Positions 45,908 to 59,744 of a DNA stretch of 64,000 nt are shown one piece after another. Under the pieces are notes generated by a model. The model was not told the DNA's origin. It did no database searches and saw nothing but the letters and a program-made list of their open reading frames with translations. This DNA comes from Macrostomum lignano (lineage: Eukaryota). The DNA lies in the NCBI GenBank assembly GCA_002269645.1, contig NIVC01000978.1, positions 248,001 through 312,000 of the forward strand. The letters run 5' to 3'. Within the stretch, counting starts at the first letter, position 1. Each line of letters begins with the position of its first letter. The translations under genes and the position numbers were made by a program.

Positions 45908-48900
45908 TTACATTTTTATCCTTTAAATTAGTTGGCTTTGCTAATTTTGGCATTGCAATGATTAAAATGTTTCTCCAAATCAAACTTGTGTACTTTAATT
46001 TAGCTAAAGCCATCTGCACTCGCAACTTTTAAATTGGTTAAACTTAATTGTTTCAAAATGGCGCCTTTCTCTTCGCCGATGGATGTGCGAGTTTTGCTAC
46101 TAGCAGTAGCGCTGTTAAACTTTAGCAATCAATTTATTGAATAGAACTCCAATCTTTTTATATAATTATTTTGTAAAATTTTATTCTGTAATCTTGTACG
46201 TTTTATAAAAAATTTTCTAATTGTGCCCAAAGCCAACGCAAATTATGCTTATGACGCATTCTTCAGACACTTTCTAAAATTAATTTGCTCACTAATGGTA
46301 TATTTTTGCAATTTGTCCCACGCGTGTTTAAATAAACGGTCAAACTGTGCCTTTGACTTAAGCACGGCTTGATATTTTATTGTGATTAAATTTGAATATA
46401 TTACGGCTTCATTGTTAAAACTTATTTAATTACTGAGATCCACTGTGTACATTTTTGATTATTAAATCGATGCTATGGAGACAATAATTATTGAGGCTGG
46501 TAAGGCAGGAATTTACAGTGAAAGAATGGGGCCGCTGTGGGTCCTGCTCAAGCTCCAAAAATGGCTGCAGCATTTCCATGTGTGGTGTGTGTGCAGCCTA
46601 CACACACAGTTACTATATGAAGCAATTGAATGCTCACACAGCAGTGCCGCAATTAGCGGCATCTTGAATGCAATAGCCGCGTCTCACCTGTGCAATATGA
46701 AGTCGTGCAAGGCATTCATAAAGTTTTTTTGGCTGTGCAATCGGTGCAACTGGTCAGCAGGTGTAGCAGTGCAAGCACCTGTGCAGATCGCAGCGGACCA
46801 CAGGTTGTTGCCGCAACAGCTCATTTTTGCCAGAGATTTTCCTGCATCAATATCCCTGGTTTTTTGGACGCTGGGGTTCGATCATTTGGCCATCAGGCAA
46901 AAATAAATCAGTGGATCTGATAGCGATAATCTGCTCATATGGTGAAATGTGTAATTCCAGCTCCATTTTTCATCACATATACCTTGGAAGTTTGGAGCTC
47001 GAAAACTATACTAAATTTACTAAACTATAACTACATCAGCTCAGCAACAGAATTCTTGAGTCATATGCAATAATGCTATAATGGTCAATAGCAATAATAA
47101 TGAATGAATTGATTGATTGCATAACACTGAACTAAGTGATCCAGTAAGGAAAAAATACAATATCCCCCAATGCTAGTTGTGCTCTTATGTAGTAATTTCC
47201 AAGCTTATTCTTTCACTAATACTAACTGATCTCCTCAGTTAGCAAACAGATGTTAGTAAACAGACAGCATAGAAAGTCTTGGATACTGGAGATTGCAGAG
47301 AATGAGACAAACACTTCAAACACTGCTGACCTAGCAACCATATTATTGCATGTAGCTAATTATATCGCAGTGAAGTTGCTACGCGATAATATTGAACAGA
47401 AAAAATGTAGTTTGCTCTGTTTGTTATAAGTGAGTTTTTACATGTGTGTCATAAAGTGAGGCAGAACAAGCATGCTGGTTTAAACCAACCACTTTTTCTA
47501 TATAGTGATCACTATTGCGATTGTCTCTTGCGATAAAATTTGGGGTTGCGCAACTTATTCTATTCGAGCGTATTTATGCAAACAATAAATCATTGAGTCG
47601 CAAACTGACTGCCGAAACGATATGGAATCAGATAGAAAAAAACCAACAAGATAATGCACAAAGCGTAACACGGGGGAAGAGATGAGGGTTCGAGATGAGC
47701 TATTCTGGCCATTATAATCATAAACATGCAATTATCGACTATAACAGTCTGAAACTTGCTTGCATGGAGTCTTCCATTATGCCCTCGAATAAAAGTAGAA
47801 CAATGAAATTAAAATGCGTAATAACCATAAGTCTGGGTCTAAGTTTTTGTCCGCTTAAAGCGACTGTAAGTGCAAAAATTGCTATTCGGGTTTTCATTTC
47901 ACTGCATGACAGCTAGTGTATAGGTGTGCTATAGGTGTACATCCGAGGAGAATAAGAATGGAATTGACACGTAAGAAAACCCAGTTGTTGCGTCCTGCCT
48001 CTTGGCAGGGATCGGGGCCCGGCGGCTGAAAGATTGAAGAATATATATTTTTCAGGTCTTTGAAAGCTAAATTTATCACATCTTCCCTGCCTAGACATAA
48101 TTTGGTGCATATACCCTCTAGATTCCAATCTCCAAGCCCCACCCTCTACTCGACCCTCTCCCTCTACTGCATCCTCAAACCCCACCCTCTAATAAACCTC
48201 CAGCCCTACCCTCTGCGCGAAGACCATGCACGCAGCCTCACGAGTTCAACCCCTGAATTTTTAATCCGTCTTCTAGTTACAATAAAGCCTGCAATCTGAA
48301 ATATTGTTTTGAAATATGCATGTCTCTACTATCTGTGTCTATTGCCAGTTTATAATGTACAAGCTTAATTATAACTCGAGCGTATTAGGCTTAATTAGGC
48401 TACCATTCAAAAGCTACCCTAAACTGGATAGTTTGGCAAATGAGGTAGTAGGTTGAGGTGGGGGGAATTACATGTAATTGATGAGAGAGCTCGACCCCTT
48501 TAATTTACCCTACTACCGTACCCCCCTCCCTCAAAACCATGATATAAAAGAGTTATTGGCCGTGGATCTAGCAGCTTCTATTTGTTCTCAGATTAAGTGT
48601 ATAAAACGAATAAAAGACGACTAATTATAGTAGCTACTTCTGATTATAGTTATGATGAACTTAAGAAGTCTGAAATATTACGATTAGGAGGATACAGGCA
48701 AATTTTGCGACAAACAAATTCGGCGACAGAAATTTAACACGGACAAAATCTGTGAATTTGCTTAATTGTAAAGCAAGTTAAATGTAAGGTTTTTTTAAAT
48801 TCGCTTTGCATTTCCTTTTCCTTGGAAGATCCGAACCGATTCTGGCTCTGGAATTGGTAATGTGAAAAGCCTAATAGAAAAATTGCGTTCGATCGAATTA

Positions 48901-50099
48901 ATTGGACATCGCGCGTCTTCGAAAATGAACGAACATTTCTTGGAAAGAGAGAATAAATAACAAGAAATCATGAATCATAAGAATGAATAATATGGTGATT
49001 GACGAACAAGGACAACTTAAGTAGACGTAGACTTGAGTAGGATTAAATAGGCCTAGTCCTTGATAGGAATCTCTGTCGCCGAAATGGTCAGCACCCAAAT
49101 ATTAGAGCCTATGGAGCCTAGAGGTAGGCCTAGGTAGGCCTTGGATATCTCGTTTTGAATCTCATCATATCATATAATCTAATTATCCTCTTGAATGTCA
49201 TCTTGAACATAATCTTACTATAGGCCCTATGTTGCTACCACTTGTAAAAATATAATATTCTAACCATATTCCATAGGCCTATTGCCCAGGCCATAGGCAT
49301 AGCACTGCTAGCTAGATCCATACCTATTAGGGCCTAGGCCTAGCAAATGGGTTCTGGTGCTGGGACTCTAGTCTTCAAATCTTCTAGTCTTCTAGTCTCA
49401 TGTAAAATGTCATTTTTACATGCAATATAACATTATATTATTAATTATTTGGTTTAGTTTAGTATATAGTATAATGTCTAATGTCAATACAGTAATGTTA
49501 AGCCTAAGGCTAAGCCAAGGCCTCTTTCGGCCTAGTGAGTATGAGACTTTAAAAGTTATTTTTAGGCCTAGGCCTTTTTTCTAAATTCTATATTGTCATT
49601 TTGATAATTAATTCTCATTAGATTATAAAGTAAGGGTCTAAGGCTAAGCCTACCATTTGCTAGAGCTAAAGGCAAGGCTAAATAAAATAGGCCTAATACT
49701 AATACCTCATTTCCTTTTTTAAAAATGGTCAAATAATGAATCGATTATTTTTATTATAAAACTTTTTATATCTAAAGCCTGATTTAAAAGAATGTTCAAT
49801 TTAAAAATTTTTATAAGCCAACAAGCTGTTGAAATCCACGGATTTTGAACCCAGGGAATTCCAATCCCCAGAACTACTTTTGCATGTATTCTGAAATCAA
49901 AGGCCATACACAAACAAAAACTTGTTAATAGTTAGTAGGATAGAGGTAGACATAAAATGAAGCACATTTGCATAAAATTAGGATTTGAGGCAAACATTAA
50001 TATTGTTGGCTGGGGTACTGCGCAGAATGTCAGGCAATATCTGTCTGACTCTAAAACATGTATGGGCAAACTCTGGCCTCTCCCTGCCTCTCCCTATGT

Positions 50100-50676
50100 C
50101 CCTTGGATCCTTTAAAATTTCTATCATCTCTTCTGTTTCCTCTCTTCTCTCTCGTCCCTCGTCTCTCCTCTCTCATTTCTCCTTTCTTCTCTCATATCTT
50201 CCCTCATCTCTCTTCTCTTTCATTTCTCTTCTCTTTCATCTCTCTTATCTCATCTCTTGTCTCTTCTTTTCTCTCTCCTCTCCTCTCTCCTCTCTACTCT
50301 TTCATTTCTCCTTCCTCTCCTCTCTCCTCTCTCCCATCTTTTCTCGTATCTTCCCTCATCTCTCTTCTCTTTCATATCTCTTATCTCATCTCTTCCCTCT
50401 TCTTTTCTCTCTCCTCTCCTCTCTCCTCTCTCCCCCTCTTCTCTTGTCTCTTCCTTCTCTCTATTCTCTTCTCTCTTCTTTTAACTGTCTCCTCTACTCT
50501 CTCATCTCTCCTCTCTACTCGTTCCTCTCTTTCTCCTCTCATCTCTTCTTTCCTCTCTCTTCTCTCCCCTCTTCTCTCGTCTCTTCTCTCACCTCTTTTC
50601 TCTCTCGCCTTTGCTCTCTCATCTTTCCTTTCTCTTCTTTTATCTTTTCTCTCTTATCTCTTCTCATTTCTCTCTG

Positions 50677-50718
<42 letters not shown>

Positions 50719-51700
50719 TCTGTCTTTCTCTCTTATCTCTCCTCCTCTCTCTACTCTCTCCCCTCTCCATTCTCTTTCCTCTTTCCTCACTCACTTCTCT
50801 ACATTTGTCTCTCCTCTCTCCTCTCGTCTCTGTAATCTCTTATCTCTCCTCTCATACATGCGCAACAGTCGGCCGAGTCGGCCGATCCGGCCGACCGATT
50901 TGGCGGCCAATCAAGGAAGTCGCAAGAATGCCCACCCAAAAAATAACCCGAGTAGTAGTACTAAGTAGCTGACGAGGCATTTTAGCTTAATAAAACAGTC
51001 ATAGTTACTCCTGCCGTTTACCCAAAGTTGTGTTAATTTTGCTTTCGGGTTTTTTTATATGTAAGTCGCATTTTTGGCCAAAAACTACGTCGCATTTTTG
51101 TTAAAACTAAGTCGCACGGCTGACCGAATTTTGGAGGTTGCACATGTATGTCTCCTCTGTTCTCAATAATCACTTCAAAGGTACCATCTTTCCTATCTTT
51201 CATCTGCTCACTCTCATCTCTGCTCTCTCATCCCCCTCTTTAATCTGGCATCTCTGTCTTATATGTTCTTTCACCTCTCTCCTTTGTAATCTTTTCTTTC
51301 CCCTCTTTTGACTCCTCACTTTCCTTTCTCCTTACTTTTTTCTCTTCTCTTCTCTTTTCTATACTCTCTCTCCCTCTCTTCTCTCTCTCGAGTCTCCTCT
51401 CTCCTTTATCTCTCATCTCTCCTTCCACCTCTCTTATCTCTACAACCTTAGAGATGTAGAGATGTATCTTTATCTTTTCTTTCTTCCCTTTACTCTCTGC
51501 TCTCCTCTCTGCTGTCTCCTCTCATCTGCAGCTCTCTGCTCTCATCTCTATTCTCTCCTCTCACTTTTCCTCTCTCCCCTCTTCTCCCCTTTTTTCATTG
51601 TCCCCTCATCTCTCCTATCATCTTTTATTTTTTCTTTTATCCCCTCTGTCGCTTCTCCTCTCTTCGAATTGTCGATTCCTTCTTCTTTCCACTCTCATCT
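50100..51700. repeat. Two CT-rich low-complexity tracts (~50100-50855 and ~51180-51700)
   Basis: Direct reading; source of the S/L-rich ORFs. Confidence 0.9.
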
Positions 51701-52990
51701 GCCCCTCAGCCATGAGCTGGATTCTTTATCTGGCCACTCACATGGTTGTTCTCATGCTTTGATCACATCATCTTTCTTGCCAATTCGCAGCCCTGAAAGG
51801 AATTTGTGTATCTTCAGCTCCACTGCAGTCTGCATCAGTCTAACAACCAAGGAAATACGCATTTCTTAGGAGGCCATTTAAAATTTACACAGTACCTTTA
51901 ACAGAAACCTAAAATTTCCATGGTGTGCCTAATTTAGTTAGTAGGGTTGTATTGCATTGCATCGCATCGCCTTTTCATAAATCTTTCGCTTTTACAAACC
52001 ATGCTGGATTCCCTCGATTTGCCAATTGCCATCCACTGTTAAACTGCTGCAAAGTTTGCCAATACAGAGGGGAGGGCAGTGGTTAGAATTTCTCACTAAA
52101 CTGTTATGGCTAAATGTAGCCTCTCCACTCTCAGGGTGCAGAGAAGGCTATAAAGTTATTCCAAAAGTTTAAGGCTCTAAAGTTATTCCAAAACACTGTA
52201 CATTTGCTATGTACATTCAGTCCTATCGCCTGACCCTTCGTCTAGCTCTGGGGGAATGAGTGAGTGAGTGGCACAAACAACAGAAAAAGCAGACAAACTT
52301 CTCATGCTTACAGTTTCTTTTTCAGTTGAGTTACAGAGTTGAAACTTTATATTTAGATAGGGAATAGGTCAATGAAGAATTGTGTCAAGTTTGAAGTCAA
52401 TCGCTTTACGTGAAGCAAACTTATGGCAGCTGAAAGTTAGTCAATTTTGAAACCCTCTTACACATTTGGGCCAAGATTGGGAAAGAGAAGCAGACAGGCA
52501 GAGGTTGGGGTGGTTGCTATGCTGAAAAAAACAGCCCAACTTTAAAAGTGCACAGCGCTGTTCAGGATTAATTTTGAGACTCAAAATTTTACACAATTGT
52601 GTCAAAATAGTTGAAAATTGTCTGTGTCAAATTTGAAGAGAATCGGTAGAAGTGGAGCGGCGCTATGGAGGATTTAGTGAAAAAATCACACATTTTGAGC
52701 AGTTTTTTGCACTTTTAGGTGGGAAGACTCAAATTTAGGAATTTTTAAGGTAAGCCTATGACACTTTCTGTAGTGAATTTAGGGTGGGTGCATAATTTGG
52801 TGTAATTTGGTTGAGCGGTTTGGGAGTCTATAGCAAAGTAATTTGTACACAGACACACACAGAGAATTTTCATTTTTATAGGTAGAGATAGGCCCTAATA
52901 GGCTATAGTACTTTTTTCTATTAGTATTAGGCCTAGGGTAGAAACACTGTGATAACTTGGTTAAAAAACTTATAAATATATGTTATTTTG

Positions 52991-54770
52991 GGCAATCTTC
53001 TCAAATCGTTTGTTAAACTATTTTTTCTATGTTTTTTGTATTTTCTCCATTCTAGAAGCTGATTTTAGCATGTTTGGATATCTCTCAAGCTATTAAAATA
53101 TTAAAATTAACAACTTTGTTTTTTATGCACTTTTTCTGTCTCTAGCAAATCCTAACAATTCCTAACAGTTCAAAGTTTCGAAGTTATTGATTTCAGATTG
53201 GTGTGAAAACATAGGAAACAATGAAACAACTAATTAGAAACAGTGATACAATAAGTGTCAATACTCGTGTCAAAACTTTGCAAGGATAATAATGGGCAAT
53301 CCAATATATGTGGCCAAAAGCATTGATAGGGTGAAGCTGGCACCAAAGAAATTCCTCCAGATCCATGGCAAACAGTGCATCACTAGTTCTATGCATGTAG
53401 CAAAATTTGGCCTTCATGTGGGCCCAAGTTCCCTCAATGAGGTTTGTATAGATGTACAATACATTAAGGTCAACAAAATGCAAGCAATGGTTGACTATCA
53501 GGTGGTTTGGCAGTGTGTTATATGCCTGCTAGCCGTCTGTTATGATGCATGACCCTGGTCAAAGAGAATGCCCAATGATAAAGAGCATAGTGGCAGCTGT
53601 GCAGTCTGGAACAACTACCATCATGCACTTTGTTGAATCAAGCTCCGCCATGCTGAGCACCCATTAACCTGGTTGGAAGGCACCCTGATAAAACTTACAG
53701 TGCATGAAGCAAGACTCATCGACCTCCATATCAACACCATGGCCACCAAGCTAGATTGGGTGGTCCTCCATCACCTAGGCACATACCTCGTGAATAAATT
53801 GCTAGTCTACCATAGCCTAGTGGCCAACACCTGTCTGGATATAGCACTTACTGTTTTGCTTACAGTGCCCACCAATACACAAGATGTAAAATCTGCTTCA
53901 AGGACAGCTTTGATGCTTCAAAGAACGAATCCTTTTGCACAGACACCTGACTATGGCATGCTATGCAGGCCTAGGCGATACCATCAATGTACTGGTCTCT
54001 AGCACGGCATTGTAGATGCATGGGTGCATCACCAGCCTCATAGACACAGTCGTGCTAGCTCTTAAGGAGTGGGCAGGTTGCCAGCCATTCAATAATTTTC
54101 TGGGAATCCCATGTCAGCCCAGCTAACTCTACCAATAGCATGTTTCTCTCAGTTAGCTCAATGGTATTGTGTAGCAAGTTTGGATTTACAATAAATGATA
54201 GTGCTGCCAGGCAGCCTCTTGGCATGGTGTTGATAGACAATGATTAATGGTCTTTCGCAAGAATGATAATTAGCATGCAAGAACATAAGTCTAAGTGCTC
54301 AGACTTCCTTTCCTTCTAACCAACTCATCCCTTTGGGCCATAGACACTCCCAACAAGCATTGGTACCACATCAGACAACACATCAGATTTCTATCCTTCA
54401 AAAGTTTGTACTTTCTGTTTTGCAATTCAGCCTTGTACTTTTCAGTTAGCCGGCTCCCTTCATCTACCATGCTCTTCCCCACAGACAATCCCAACCATTA
54501 TTTTGCCACAGATATTTTAGCTAACCTATTTTTTATATTAGTATAAATACAAGTTCAACTTTGTTTCACTGCATTTTTGCACCAATCTGAAATCAAAAAC
54601 TGAAACTTCAAATTGTTAGGAATCGTTAGGACTTGCTAGAGATAGAAAAGGTGCTTAAAAAACTGCAATTGCTTGGGGAATATCCAAACATGCTAAAATT
54701 GGCTTCTAAAGTAGAGAAAATGGGAAAGACATTGAAAAAATAGTTTAACAAATGATTCAAGAAGATTGCC
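52991..54770 (-). mobile_element. Merlin (IS1016/IS1595-like) DNA transposon, 1780 bp, decayed transposase ~54141-53250
   Basis: 8-bp TSD TTATTTTG at 52983-52990 and 54771-54778. Imperfect ~230-bp TIRs begin GGCAATCTTCT. Motifs SFFEASKLSLKQILHLVYWW, LGGHGVDMEVDES, IITDG*QAY, IVNH..HFVD, TNLIEGTW, LEEFLW; many stops. Confidence 0.92.
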
Positions 54771-56166
54771 TTATTTTGTTAATTTATGTTTTAATGTTTA
54801 GGCTATTATAAATATTTTTGTTTTATTACAAAGGTTCCGTAGCCAAAATTAGGACTGTTTTAATAAATCAGTAGCAATGCATGCAAACAAAATGAAAGTT
54901 TAGTTATTTTTTAAAAGTCACCACCTTTCTCTAGACATTGCTTCTATCTTACCTCACTAGCCATTATTTTGTACAATATATGTTTTGCTGAATACATAGT
55001 ATTGTTAGGTAGAATATTTGCAAGAATCAATAGGGTATAAAAGATACAAAATACAGTATAAATTGGAACACAATGTAAAAAGTCTAAAAAGCTAGAAAAA
55101 AATAACTAAAGAACTTAAAAAATTGAAATGCATATTGCTGCCTCTCCTTGCTAATTTACAACATTAAGAGAGGGTTTGCATCTTTGATATGTAAGGCTTC
55201 TAATATAAAGGTGCTTAGTGCAATTGATAATTTTAAATTTGTAAGTAAGTTTTAAATTAGCATTAGCACAATATTATGATAGGCTTTGTATAATATTCAA
55301 TCATCATAGTAACCATTTATTATTACTCTATCTTATTGATATAAAAACAAATTTTGATTCATGATTATGACTTATGGAATTTCAACCTGTGATTATGATT
55401 TTCTTGTTTCTTTGAATTCAAATTTTTTATGGATTTTAATAAAGTGTTTTGGTAGAAATTATAAAAAAATATAGTAAGTGCCTTTTAGTATTAAATTATT
55501 AGGCCAATTATTAGGCCCTAGCTTACTTAAAATGAGACTCGATCACACCTAGAATTACAATTCTCTTGTGTGCCTTTCAAAAAGTAGGAGGTCACAAAAA
55601 TCTTGATCTAAAAATGCCAAGAATCTGAGATAAAAAATAGAGTAAAATAAAGAGCCCTAGGTTGAATACGAATATTCTGATTAAGCATAAATTACCTACA
55701 CATCAATATAAACTCATTAAATTCAAAATAAATCAAAGCAGTACCAAAAATTCAATTTGATTTAGTGTTATCTGTATTAAGGGATTTGGAAAAAATGGTG
55801 CACCCCAAAAATCTGTGTTTTTTACAAATTAAAGGTGGTGATTTTCAACAAGAGTACACAAAATTTACTCTTGTTTTTCAAAAATAAAATTTTATATTAA
55901 TGGAACTGCTATTTTTAGTTTTTAGCTTTGTCTTATTTAAGTTTTTAGCTTCATCAGTGATTAGTGATTAGCAAATGACATTGGCAATAATTTTCACAAT
56001 CATGATAAAAATCACATCCAACAAAAATGAAATTACAAAATTTCATGCACACGCACAAAGGTGTTTTTCTATATCTTCCACTGCAGACAGCCAGCATTAA
56101 ATATTTAAATAATCAAGAAGTCTCACAGCCTTTTAAATCTATTTGTATAAAAACTTTCTAGCAACA

Positions 56167-58479
56167 ATGAGTGGTCCCCGCTACACAGTTGAGTACACAG
56201 GCGGAGGAGGCTGCTCAAATGAGGATGGCCAAGGCCGCTCAGAGCCAGCTTTCATTCGGCAATTCAAACAGAGAGCTGGGATCCTGCCCGATGCCAAATT
56301 AGCTGACAAATTTGCCAATAGCGATGATAACAGCAGCAGCGGTAAAGGACTTGGAAAGGCTAAGCCAAGAGCTGATAGTGCTGATGAAGGTCGAGAGCCT
56401 GCAGCTAGGAATGAGGAAGAGATGCCGCAGATTGTGCTGTCAGCTGATAGCGGCATCTCGGAGTCTGAGCTGGCTGTTGTGCAGGTAAGGTTACAGAATC
56501 TCTTTTGCTTCTTTCTGAGACTTGCTCCAGTATTCTGAATTGGAACTCCAGTAATCTCAATTAGAACTCCACTAGTCTCAATTAGAACTCCAGTAGTCTC
56601 AATTAGAACTCCAGTAGTCTCAATTAGAACTCCAGTAGTCTCAATTAGAACTCCAGTAGTCTCAATTAGAACTCCAGTAGTCTCAATTAGAACTCCACTA
56701 GTCTCAATTAGAACTCCAGTAGTCTCAGTTAGAACTCCAGTAGTCTCAATTAGAACTCCACTAGTCTCAATTAGAACTCCACTAGTCTCAGTTAGAACTC
56801 CACTAGTCTCAATTAGAACTCCAGTAGTCTCAGTTAGAACTCCACTAGTCTCAATTAGAACTCCAGTAGTCTCAATTAGAACTCCCAGTAGTCTCAGTTA
56901 GAACTCCACTAGTCTCAATTAGAACTCCAGTAGTCTCAATTAGAACTCCAGTAGTCTCAATTAGAACTCCCAGTAGTCTCAGTTAGAACTCCACTAGTCT
57001 CAATTAGAACTCCAGTAGTCTCAATTAGAACTCCACTAGTCTCAATTAGAACTCCAGTAGTCTCAATTAGAACTCCACTAGTCTCAGTTAGAACTCCACT
57101 AGTCTCAATTAGAACTCCAGTAGTCTCAGTTAGAACTCCACTAGTCTCAATTAGAACTCCAGTAGTCTCAATTAGAACTCCCAGTAGTCTCAGTTAGAAC
57201 TCCACTAGTCTCAATTAGAACTCCAGTAGTCTCAATTAGAACTCCACTAGTCTCAATTAGAACTCCAGTAGTCTCAATTAGAACTCCACTAGTCTCAGTT
57301 AGAACTCCACTAGTCTCAATTAGAACTCCAGTAGTCTCAGTTAGAACTCCACTAGTCTCAATTAGAACTCCAGTAGTCTCAATTAGAACTCCCAGTAGTC
57401 TCAGTTAGAACTCCACTAGTCTCAATTAGAACTCCAGTAGTCTCAATTAGAACTCCACTAGTCTCAATTAGAACTCCAGTAGTCTCAATTAGAACTCCAG
57501 TAGTCTCAATTAGAACTCCACTAGTCTCAATTAGAACTCCAGTAGTCTCAGTTAGAACTCCACTAGTCTCAATTAGAACTCCAGTAGTCTCAATTAGAAC
57601 TCCACTAGTCTCAGTTAGAACTCCACTAGTCTCAATTAGAACTCCAGTAGTCTCAGTTAGAACTCCACTAGTCTCAATTAGAACTCCAGTAGTCTCAATT
57701 AGAACTCCCAGTAGTCTCAGTTAGAACTCCACTAGTCTCAATTAGAACTTCCAGTAGTCTCAATTAGAACTCCAGTAGTCTCAATTAGAACTCCCAGTAG
57801 TCTCAGTTAGAACTCCACTAGTCTCAATTAGAACTCCAGTAGTCTCAATTAGAACTCCAGTAGTCTCAATTAGAACTCCAGTAGTCTCAATTAGAACTCC
57901 AGTAGTCTCAATTAGAACTCCAGTAGTCTCAATTAGAACTCCAGTAGTCTCAATTAGAACTCCAGTAGTCTCAATTAGAACTCCAGTAGTCTCAATTAGA
58001 ACTCCAGTAGTCTCAATTAGAACTCCAGTAGTCTCAATTAGAACTCCAGTAGTCTCAATTAGAACTCCACTAGTCTCAATTAGAACTCCAGTAGGCTCAA
58101 TTAGTCTCAGTTACAGCTCATAGAATTGTCTGCTTTTTCAAACAAAGCCTATTAACGATGCCCCCTCCCCCGCTAGGCTCGAATCCGTGAGGCCGGCGAG
58201 GAGGCCAAATTCGAGGAGGCCCGCAGCCGGGTTCGCTTCGTTCGGCCAGCCATTGGCGGCAACAGCGGCGGCAGCAGGAAGACCAAGCTGGGCGGTGGAG
58301 TGATCTCAGCTAGCAGCGGGTCCGGCGCTGGAGCCTCTGCCGCCGACAGTGAGGTCAGCTCAGCCAAGCGGCCTCGTCAGCAGTCCAATTCCGCCACATC
58401 TGGCTCAAATTCTAGGTCTTCTTCAAGCGTCTGCAACAAAAAGTTGCTATCGTTTGATGAAGAGGAAGGCGATGACTGA
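56167..58479 (+). CDS. KIAA1143: KIAA1143-like (DUF4604) protein, 206 aa; exons 56167-56484 and 58177-58479
   Basis: EPAFIRQFKQRAG, EEEMPQIV, RVRFVRP and C-terminal KKLLSFDEEEGDD*, all matching the KIAA1143 pattern. Phase-0 GT-AG intron; AATAAA overlaps the stop. Confidence 0.85.
56535..58105. repeat. 21-bp minisatellite (AATTAGAACTCCAGTAGTCTC) filling the KIAA1143-like intron
   Basis: Period 21, roughly 75 copies. Confidence 0.96.
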
Positions 58480-58744
58480 ATAAAAAATTCGTTTCTTAGA
58501 AATATTTATTGTTCAAGTATAATGCCCTTCCGAGCTTGGCTGGGTTTGCATTTTCGATAAAACCTACTCTAAGTAGAAGAAAGTGTAAATTTCGTGTAAT
58601 TTTAGTATTCTTTATTAATTATGTACCAGTAACTGTTAAAAATCTGTAAATATACAGCACTTTCTTTATAAATGCGTCCTTTAATTATCTTTTTTTGTAT
58701 CCCTCTCAACTTTTATAGGAGATCTGATGATAAAAAACTTGCTG

Positions 58745-59580
58745 GCTTGGGGCACCAGCTACAGAGGGGGTTGGGGCACAGCTACAGATGGGGTTGGGGC
58801 ACCAGCTACAGATGGGATTGGGGCACCAGCTACAGATGGAGTTGGAGCACCAGCTACAGATGGGGTTGGAGCACCAGCTACAGATGGGATTGGGGCACCA
58901 GCTACAGATGGGGTTGGAGCACCAGCTACAGATGGGATTGGGGCACCAGCTACAGATGGGGTTGGGGCACCAGCTACAGAGGGGGTTGGAGCACCAGCTA
59001 CAGATGGAGTTAGAGCACCAGCTACAGATGGGGTTGGAGCACCAGCTACAGATGGGGTTGGAGCACCAGCTACAGATGGGGTTGGGGCACCAGCTACAGA
59101 TGGGGTTGGGGCACCAGCTACAGGTGGGGTTGGGGCACCAGCTACAGATGGGGTTGGGGCACCAGCTACAGGTGGGGTTGGGGCACCAGCTACAGATGAG
59201 GTTGGGGCACCAGCTACAGGTGGGGTTGGGGCACCAGCTACAGATGGGATTGGGGCACCAGCTACAGATGGGGTTGGGGCACCAGCTACAGAGGGGGTTG
59301 GAGCACCAGCTACAGATGGAGTTAGAGCACCAGCTACAGATGGGGTTGGAGCACCAGCTACAGATGGGGTTGGAGCACCAGCTACAGATGGGGTTGGGGC
59401 ACCAGCTACAGATGGGGTTGGGGCACCAGCTACAGGTGGGGTTGGGGCACCAGCTACAGATGAGGTTGGGGCACCAGCTACAGGTGGGGTTGGGGCACCA
59501 GCTACAGATGGGGTTGGGGCACCAGCTACAGGTGGGGTTGGGGCACCAGCTACAGATAAGGTTGGGGCACCAGCTACAGA
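58745..59580. repeat. 24-bp repeat (GGGGTTGGGGCACCAGCTACAGAT) between the KIAA1143-like and TRF-like genes
   Basis: About 35 copies; reads GVGAPATD in one frame. Confidence 0.95.
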
Positions 59581-59744
59581 GGAAGACATTGACATTGACA
59601 TTTGAAGAGAAGATGAAGAGAATTGACATTTAATATTTTTTACAATGTTTGTTGCATGCTGCCGCAACTGTCTGCCTCCTAGCGGAAGTATCTTGTCGGT
59701 GTGTACCTGTGAAAAAAAACACAAAGAAAAATAAAATATAAAAA

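Noticed and set aside
48205-48260. U6-like fragment (CCTCTGCGCGAAGACCATGCACGCA)
   Set aside because: Weak partial similarity; no ACAGAGA box or other U6 features.
48715-49090. 12-bp inverted pair TTCGGCGACAGA suggesting a MITE
   Set aside because: Too short, and no TSD or clear termini found.
50965-51025. CTGACGAG motif suggesting a hammerhead (related short repeats at 32970-33095)
   Set aside because: No stem II closed by GAAA and no cleavage triplet in a valid geometry.
52600-52890. Helitron/HINE-like 3' end (CGGTTTGGGAGTCTATAG...ACAGACACACACAG...TTTATAGGTAGAGAT)
   Set aside because: Resemblance is from memory only; the 5' end and boundaries could not be established.
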